A stretch of 64,000 bases of DNA, from assembly GCA_965230895.1 (NCBI GenBank), contig OZ246394.1:633316-697315 (forward strand). The letters are read 5' to 3'. The first letter of the stretch is position 1. Every line of letters starts with the position of its first letter. This DNA is from an uncultured Gammaproteobacteria bacterium. GTDB taxonomy: Bacteria; Patescibacteriota; Microgenomatia; Levybacterales; UBA12049. The position numbers and the translations under genes are program-made. The notes below the pieces were generated by a model. That model was not told the DNA's origin. It searched no databases and saw only the letters and a program-made list of their open reading frames with translations. Of the stretch, positions 55,945 to 64,000 are shown piece by piece.

Positions 55945-56685
55945 ATGTTGTCGCTAGCAGCTGAAGAACTCACACATATTGGTCCGCTTCCTATTACCAA
56001 CGCGGTCGTTGATACTATCCTCGTAGACATTATTCTTATTGCTTTAGCTTGGTATGTTTATAAAAACGTAAAACTTATTCCAGGTGCGTTCCAAAGTATT
56101 ATAGAAATGGCTGTTGAAGGTTTTTATAACCTTACAAGTTCTGTCGCAAAGGAAAATGCGAAAAAGATTTTCCCTTATGTCATGACCTTTTTCCTTTTCA
56201 TTTTAATTTCAAACTGGAGTGGTCTCCTCCCTGTACTATCAGCACTTGAAGTACCTGTTGCCGGACATGGTGGAGAAGCACATCACGCACATTTACTTCG
56301 TAGTGCTTCTACCGATTTGAACGTGACGCTTGCTTTGGCAATTGTTTCTTTAATCGCTACTCATACAATGAGTATTCAAACATTGGGATTAAAATCATAT
56401 TTGAGTCGATTCTTTTCATTGAATCCTCTAGCAGCGTATACAGGACTACTTGAATTAATTTCTGAATTCACGAAAGTTATCTCATTCTCATTTCGACTTT
56501 TCGGAAATGTTTTCGTAGGAGAAGTGATGCTTGTTTCTCTCTCAGCCGCATTTGCATTCTTCCTTCCAATTCCAATTGTACTTTATGAAATGTTTGTAGG
56601 TGTTGTTCAAGCAGCTATTTTTGGGTTATTAACTATGGCATTCATGGGAATCTTTACGACTCCTCATGGGTCGGATGCTCACTAA
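55945..56685 (+). CDS. atpB: F0F1 ATP synthase subunit a.
   Basis: It is polytopic, with FRLFGNVFVGEV in the conserved Arg helix. Confidence 0.85.
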   Translation: MLSLAAEELTHIGPLPITNAVVDTILVDIILIALAWYVYKNVKLIPGAFQSIIEMAVEGFYNLTSSVAKENAKKIFPYVMTFFLFILISNWSGLLPVLSALEVPVAGHGGEAHHAHLLRSASTDLNVTLALAIVSLIATHTMSIQTLGLKSYLSRFFSLNPLAAYTGLLELISEFTKVISFSFRLFGNVFVGEVMLVSLSAAFAFFLPIPIVLYEMFVGVVQAAIFGLLTMAFMGIFTTPHGSDAH

Positions 56686-56756
56686 AATTGGCATCGCAAT
56701 TCAGAACCTCAACTGATATAATGCAAAAAAAGAGGAACGAGGAGGTGATTTAATTT

Positions 56757-56963
56757 ATGGAAATTTCAATTACAGGAGGTATTATCGCAGCAATCGGAGG
56801 TCTCGGACCAGGAATTGGTGTTGGACTTATCGGTGCGAAAGCTATGGAAGCAATCGGACGAAATCCTGACGCATCAGGTAGAATTATCCCTATCATGATC
56901 GTTGCTATGGGTTTTGCTGAAGCTATCGCTATTTACTCATTAGTTTTTGCTTTCTTAGGCTAA
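56757..56963 (+). CDS. atpE: F0F1 ATP synthase subunit c.
   Basis: The 68-aa two-helix hairpin has a GxGxGxG motif and FAEAIAIY with the ion-binding Glu. Confidence 0.85.
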   Translation: MEISITGGIIAAIGGLGPGIGVGLIGAKAMEAIGRNPDASGRIIPIMIVAMGFAEAIAIYSLVFAFLG

Positions 56964-57071
56964 GCTTAAGAAGCATGAATTAAGAATTAAGTGGAAAGGA
57001 AGTACTTATTTCCTTATCTTAATTCGAAGTACTTAATTCTTGATTCATAGTTAGAAACTATATTTATTATT

Positions 57072-57578
57072 ATGGAAATTTTTGAGATATTTGGTTTAAA
57101 TTGGATATTAATTGTTGCGCAAATCGTAAACTTCTTAGTAATTTTATGGATTTTAAAGAAGTTTCTTTATAAGCCACTCTTTTCAGTTCTTGAAAAGCGA
57201 CAGCAATTAGCAAAAGAAGCTGTAGAAAAAGCTGATGAAAGTTCAAAGGCTCTAGAGAAAGCCCAAGAAGAAGAAAAAGCAATTATTAAAAAGGCACAAA
57301 CAACAGCATCACAAATTGTTACTGACGCGAAAGAACAAGCTGCTGAAATCGCAAAGAAATCTGAAGAAAATACAAAGAAACAAACTGAGAAAATGATTAC
57401 CGATGCAAAAGAACAGATTGCCCATGAGACAAAAGAAGCAGAAGCACAATTAAATAAATATGTTGCAAAACTTTCAGTTGATTTGTTGAAAAAATCAATT
57501 GAGAATGTCTTTACTGAAAAAGAACAAAATGAGATTATTGCACGAGCTGTTAAAGAAATGCAGAAAAGACCAAACTAA
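57072..57578 (+). CDS. atpF: F0F1 ATP synthase subunit b.
   Basis: It has an N-terminal TM helix followed by a long charged coiled coil. Confidence 0.75.
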   Translation: MEIFEIFGLNWILIVAQIVNFLVILWILKKFLYKPLFSVLEKRQQLAKEAVEKADESSKALEKAQEEEKAIIKKAQTTASQIVTDAKEQAAEIAKKSEENTKKQTEKMITDAKEQIAHETKEAEAQLNKYVAKLSVDLLKKSIENVFTEKEQNEIIARAVKEMQKRPN

Positions 57579-57931
57579 TGACAAGAACAACTATCAAAAA
57601 ATTAGTTGAAGAAAGTTATAAAGACGGCAAATTAATTGAAGAACATGTGAAATATATTGCTGGTAAATTAACTCGCAATGAATTAAAAGAATATATTTCA
57701 CTTTTGAAAGCTGAAGAAATTAAAAAGCAAGTTTTTGTAACTTCTGCAGAAGAGCTTTCAAAAGAAGATATTGAAAAAATTAAAAAGCTTTATCCGGATA
57801 TGCAAATCGTCACATCCGTTGATAAATCAATGTTAAGTGGTGTACGAATTGTAGAAAATAACAAAGAGTACGAGATTAATTTAAATCGTACTTTTCATGA
57901 TATAATAGGTTTCTTAAGTCGAAATGATTGA
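57578..57931 (+). CDS. atpH: F0F1 ATP synthase subunit delta (OSCP), unusually short. Only the C-terminal-domain-like region is present.
   Basis: It is 117 aa. VFVTSAEELS...VTSVDKSMLSGVRIVENNKEYEINLNRTFHDI resembles the delta C-terminus. It sits in the expected position between b and alpha. Confidence 0.55.
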   Translation: MTRTTIKKLVEESYKDGKLIEEHVKYIAGKLTRNELKEYISLLKAEEIKKQVFVTSAEELSKEDIEKIKKLYPDMQIVTSVDKSMLSGVRIVENNKEYEINLNRTFHDIIGFLSRND

Positions 57932-59444
57932 TAATAAAAGTATAATTGAAAATTTAGAAAAGCGTTTAAGCGCATTTAGCGATGATCCGAAAGTACAAAA
58001 TATCGGAACCGTTGAGAAAAACACCGATGGAGTTATTACAGCTTCAGGCCTCACAAACGCATTCATGGGTGAAATGATCGACTTTGAAGACGGAAGCCGT
58101 GGATTTATCCTAAACCTTGACGAAGACTATGCATCTATTATCCTTTTGAGTGGTGGTTTAAATATCAAAGAAGGAGATAAAGTTAAGACTACAGGAAAGC
58201 AACTCACAGTTCATGCAAGTGAAGAACTTTTGGGTCGTGTTATCAACCCAACTGGTACGCCACTTGATGGAAAGCCAGCAGCAAAAAAAGGCAAAGATAT
58301 GCCACTTGAAAGAATTGCGGCAGGGGTTGTAGAGCGTGAACCAGTAGGAACGCCTCTTAAGACTGGTATTAAATCAATCGATGCTATGTTCCCTATCGGT
58401 CGAGGACAGAGACAGCTTATCATTGGTGATCGTGGTTTGGGAAAGACTGCAATTGCCGTTGACACTATCATCAACCAACGAGATACAATGAAAGGTCAAA
58501 AGCCAGTCCTTTGTGTCTATGTAGCAATCGGACAAAAGCAAAGTACAATTGCACAAGTTGTCGACAAATTAAAGCAAGAGAATGCAATGGCAAACACAAT
58601 TGTTGTTGCAGCTGGAGCATCTGATGCGGCATCACTGCAATATCTTGCACCTTATGCAGGCGTTGCTATCGCTGAATATTTCCTTGAAAAAGGTGAAGAT
58701 GTTTTGATCGTCTATGACGATTTAACAAAGCATGCATGGGCATACCGACAATTGTCTTTGGTACTTCGCCGACCAGCAGGACGTGAAGCGTACCCAGGAG
58801 ATATTTTCTATCTTCATAGTCGACTGCTTGAGCGTGCAGTTCGTTTGAATGAAAAGAATGGTGGAGGATCAATTACTGCACTTCCAATCATTGAAACACA
58901 AGCTGGAGACATCTCAGCATATATCCCTACAAATGTTATTTCAATTACAGATGGTCAGATCTTTTTAGTTGCTGATTTATTCAATGCAGGTGTACGACCA
59001 GCTATCAATACAGGTACATCAGTATCTCGTGTAGGTGGAGCAGCGCAAACAAGTGCAATGAAGTCAGTTGCAGGAAAAATGAAGCTTGAAATGTCACAGT
59101 TCCGAGAATTAGCAGCTTTTGCTCAATTTGGTAGTGAACTTGACCCAGCAACACAAGCGCAACTCGAAAGAGGAAAGAGAATTAATGAAATTTTGAAGCA
59201 ACCACAATATGCACCTTACTCAGAAAATCTTGAAGTATTAAGTATTGCAGTTGTAACAAATGGCATGCTTGATGATGTACCTGTCGAAGATGTTCCACGA
59301 TTTGAACAAGAATTACATACATACGTACAAAAGCATGATAAGAAATTATTAGAATCACTTGGTGGTAAAGAAAAAGTAAAACCTGAAGTAGTGAAAGAAA
59401 TTCAGAAGATTGTTGACGAATTTAAGAAAAAATTTAAAGTCTAG
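57924..59444 (+). CDS. atpA: F0F1 ATP synthase subunit alpha.
   Basis: It has the P-loop GDRGLGKT. Confidence 0.9.
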   Translation: MIDNKSIIENLEKRLSAFSDDPKVQNIGTVEKNTDGVITASGLTNAFMGEMIDFEDGSRGFILNLDEDYASIILLSGGLNIKEGDKVKTTGKQLTVHASEELLGRVINPTGTPLDGKPAAKKGKDMPLERIAAGVVEREPVGTPLKTGIKSIDAMFPIGRGQRQLIIGDRGLGKTAIAVDTIINQRDTMKGQKPVLCVYVAIGQKQSTIAQVVDKLKQENAMANTIVVAAGASDAASLQYLAPYAGVAIAEYFLEKGEDVLIVYDDLTKHAWAYRQLSLVLRRPAGREAYPGDIFYLHSRLLERAVRLNEKNGGGSITALPIIETQAGDISAYIPTNVISITDGQIFLVADLFNAGVRPAINTGTSVSRVGGAAQTSAMKSVAGKMKLEMSQFRELAAFAQFGSELDPATQAQLERGKRINEILKQPQYAPYSENLEVLSIAVVTNGMLDDVPVEDVPRFEQELHTYVQKHDKKLLESLGGKEKVKPEVVKEIQKIVDEFKKKFKV

Positions 59445-59497
59445 TTTGAGCTTAGATTGTGAGCTAACACTAAGCACAACTAGCTAAGCAAAAAACT

Positions 59498-61770
<2,273 letters not shown>

Positions 61771-61782
61771 TCCAACCAGCTT

Positions 61783-62199
61783 ATGAAACTCGAGATAGTA
61801 ACCCCTGAAAAAATTATTTACAGCGGAGATGTTGATCAAATCACTGTTGAAACAGTTGATGGTAGAATCGCAATTCTTCCCCATCACGTGAATTTATTTA
61901 CCAAAATCAAACCTGGTGAGCTCCATTTAAAGATCTCTGATAAGGAACAGTTCCTCGCTGTTACAGGTGGATTTCTTGAAGTGAGTAATAATAAAGTAAC
62001 AGTTCTCGCAGATTACGCAATCCATGCAGAAGAAGTTGATGTTGATAAGGCCCTCGCGGCACAAAAACGCGCAGAAGAACTACTAAAGAAGAAGGAAGGA
62101 CAGTTATCAGATGTCGAGTATGCAGAACTTCAAGGAGCACTTGGGAGAGCATTGCTTGAGCTTGATGTAGCAAATAGACGAAGACGAAGAAAAGTTTAA
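61783..62199 (+). CDS. atpC: F0F1 ATP synthase subunit epsilon.
   Basis: It is 138 aa with MKLEIVTPEKIIYSGDVDQITV... Confidence 0.8.
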   Translation: MKLEIVTPEKIIYSGDVDQITVETVDGRIAILPHHVNLFTKIKPGELHLKISDKEQFLAVTGGFLEVSNNKVTVLADYAIHAEEVDVDKALAAQKRAEELLKKKEGQLSDVEYAELQGALGRALLELDVANRRRRRKV

Positions 62200-62629
62200 C
62201 TTCTACTGAGTAATTTATGTACTCCTAATTTCATAGGCGTTTCCTACTATTTTCATCTCTACCTATTGCAATTTCCCGAAATATATTGTATACTAAATTA
62301 TATCAAACCAGATCAGCACGGGAATAGAATTTAGGTATTTTTAGTGTAAAATTGCAAAAAAGAGATATATCTACAGTTTAGCCTCAAATTAGCACTCGGA
62401 TTAAAAATTTGCTAAGTATATAGTAATTATCATCTGATTTTAGCCTCAGAAAGAAAATCTTTTTTAAGTAGAAATCTTAGCCAATTGAACATTTTTTAGC
62501 CGTTAAACCACCTTTTTTCGAGTAATTCAACCTTCAAGGTTATAGATAACTTCAGCAAAATATTCCCATATTGTTCATTATTATTACTCATTTGCTACCT
62601 AAGATAAAATTAATTACAATACATTCTAT

Positions 62630-62702
62630 CGCCGATGTAGCTCAGAGGTAGAGCAGCGGTATCGTAAACCGCTGGTCGTGGGTTCAATTCCCACCATCGG
62701 CT
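62630..62702 (+). tRNA. tRNA-Thr (anticodon CGT).
   Basis: GCCGATGTAGCTCAGAGGTAGAGCAGCGGTATCGTAAACCGCTGGTCGTGGGTTCAATTCCCACCATCGGCT(CA). It folds as a cloverleaf. The anticodon loop is ATCGTAA. Confidence 0.8.
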
Positions 62703-62716
62703 CATCTTTTCCCGGT

Positions 62717-63901
62717 TTATTGCAAATGCCAATATAATGTCATTTTGCCATTATCGTGGAATAAGAAAACGCCATTTCCTCCATCACCTGTACAGTTTCT
62801 GCAGAAATATGCTTGACCTGCTTCGACTGCTCTCACAGCTGTATCTCCTCTTCTATGCATATCAATTGCCGGATGAGGGTTTCCGTTATAATATGGACCA
62901 CTATAACAAGTCACACCTGAAGCTTGAGAGAGATATAATCCATCTGTCGCCATTGGCCAACCCCACGAACCACTTCCGCTTGTTGTCATACCACTCGGAT
63001 CACCACTACAACCACTAATCCAATTTACTGTTCTTGGTTCAAGATAATTTAAGGGATTCTCCCATCCACCATAATAACTATATTGCGACAACGAAGAAGC
63101 GTTATAAACACCGAAGTGCAAATGGGCGCCAGTTGAGTATCCGGTATTCCCCATCCATCCAATCTGCTCACCACGGCCAACTCTACGAGGTTCAGTGGAT
63201 ATCAGTACTTTTGCAGCTCGAGCAATGCTTCGCAATTCTTTTTGCGCATCTGACAAACGACTTTGATATTCGCTTTCTGAATTTTTTGTTGTTGTAAGTA
63301 AATTCTGTTTTTCTATCTTTTGCTGATCTAATTCCTTTGTATAATCCTCCAGTTGCTTATTCAAAAGTTCAACTTTTGCTTTTTTCTCTTCAAAAATATT
63401 CTTCTGATTTTGGTAATCATTTTTTGCTTGCTGTGTATTTATAAGCAATGCCTGATCATGCGCTCGAACGAGCTTTATATAATTAATACGTTTAAAATAA
63501 TCGTCTGCCCCATTCGAAGCAAAAAGTACGTGCACAGGTTGCATATCACCAAGTTGGTACGATGTAACTATTCTTTTAACAAGAACTTTCGAGACTTGAT
63601 CCAAAGAACCTTCTAAATTATCAATTTTTTTTGAGGCAGAAGTAATATCTTGGGTTAACGTGTTAATCTGTGCCTTTGTCGATTCAATTCGATACTCAGT
63701 CAACTTCACTTGATTATCCATTACCTGAATCTGCGAAGAGAGTGTTTTTGATTGTCCTTGAAGATCTGTTATTTTGGATTGATACTCTTTTATTTTTCCT
63801 TCAAGCTCAGAGGCGCTAGCTCCATACACAGTATTTAATGGTACTGCAAGGAAAATTACCGTAATTAAAAAGCATAGCAGAAAGAATTTTGAGGAGTTCA
63901 T
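62717..63901 (-). CDS. M23/LytM-family peptidoglycan endopeptidase with an N-terminal coiled coil (EnvC-like).
   Basis: It has a signal/TM segment and a long coiled coil. The M23 core has HPAIDMH...GWMGNTGYSTGAHLHFGVY. Confidence 0.75.
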   Translation of the reverse strand: MNSSKFFLLCFLITVIFLAVPLNTVYGASASELEGKIKEYQSKITDLQGQSKTLSSQIQVMDNQVKLTEYRIESTKAQINTLTQDITSASKKIDNLEGSLDQVSKVLVKRIVTSYQLGDMQPVHVLFASNGADDYFKRINYIKLVRAHDQALLINTQQAKNDYQNQKNIFEEKKAKVELLNKQLEDYTKELDQQKIEKQNLLTTTKNSESEYQSRLSDAQKELRSIARAAKVLISTEPRRVGRGEQIGWMGNTGYSTGAHLHFGVYNASSLSQYSYYGGWENPLNYLEPRTVNWISGCSGDPSGMTTSGSGSWGWPMATDGLYLSQASGVTCYSGPYYNGNPHPAIDMHRRGDTAVRAVEAGQAYFCRNCTGDGGNGVFLFHDNGKMTLYWHLQ

Positions 63902-64000
63902 TGCCTCAAAATAATACCATAAGCGTAAAGGTTGGTAAAGTTAACCTCCTGAATAAGCATAATTTGCAATTTTTTGCTAGAATAGCACTACATGAGACAA

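Overview
This 64 kb window comes from a low-GC bacterial chromosome of about 38-40% GC by eye, with small tightly packed genes. The gene content looks like Patescibacteria/CPR (Saccharibacteria-like): type IV pili, an F-ATPase with a short delta subunit, MurT/GatD, GatCAB, and LysM and M23 wall proteins. That lineage call is an inference only.

The conserved backbone has three blocks:
- 1-16.1 kb: a type IV pilus module (pilin fragment, PilC, PilB) with a CheY-like receiver and an Hpt protein, a PEP-utilizing-enzyme-like protein, gpmA, rsmI, a lexA / HD-hydrolase / uvrB SOS cluster, pyk, YraN, ArsR, rplS and pyrG.
- 41-52.6 kb: tRNA-Gly(CCC), a LysM protein, tRNA-Asp(GTC), PolX-PHP, LemA-HtpX, MurT, Ham1, an HD protein, GatD, gatC, a His-phosphatase, gatA and gatB.
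- 52.6-64 kb: dnaE, the atpBEFHAGDC operon, tRNA-Thr(CGT) and an M23 peptidase.

The middle, about 16.2-41.0 kb, is accessory DNA integrated at the 3' end of tRNA-Gly(CCC). Three direct-repeat copies of the tRNA 3' half define two tandem islands.
- Island A (about 16.2-22.5 kb) carries a DUF2726 membrane nuclease-like protein, a polytopic TPR membrane protein, a 1107-aa secreted protein with tandem malectin-like domains, and an internally deleted integrase relic.
- Island B (about 22.5-41.0 kb) carries an enzyme cluster: an alpha/beta hydrolase, a P-loop kinase, a P450-like protein, a PLD-like protein, a TIM-barrel protein, a class V aminotransferase and a HAD hydrolase. It then carries a second DUF2726 paralog, an AlbA_2/Schlafen-like protein, prophage relics (XRE, serine recombinase, HNH, a capsid fragment), an Mrr-like restriction enzyme and a LexA-like S24 repressor. 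A tightly packed operon encodes a small 4-TM protein followed by two paralogous class III nucleotidyl-cyclase domain proteins, and an intact tyrosine integrase abuts the tRNA.

The TM plus twin-cyclase operon is the strongest candidate for a previously undescribed cyclic-nucleotide-based defence or signalling system in this window. It resembles Pycsar but lacks a recognizable cNMP-binding effector domain. No CRISPR array or rRNA was found.
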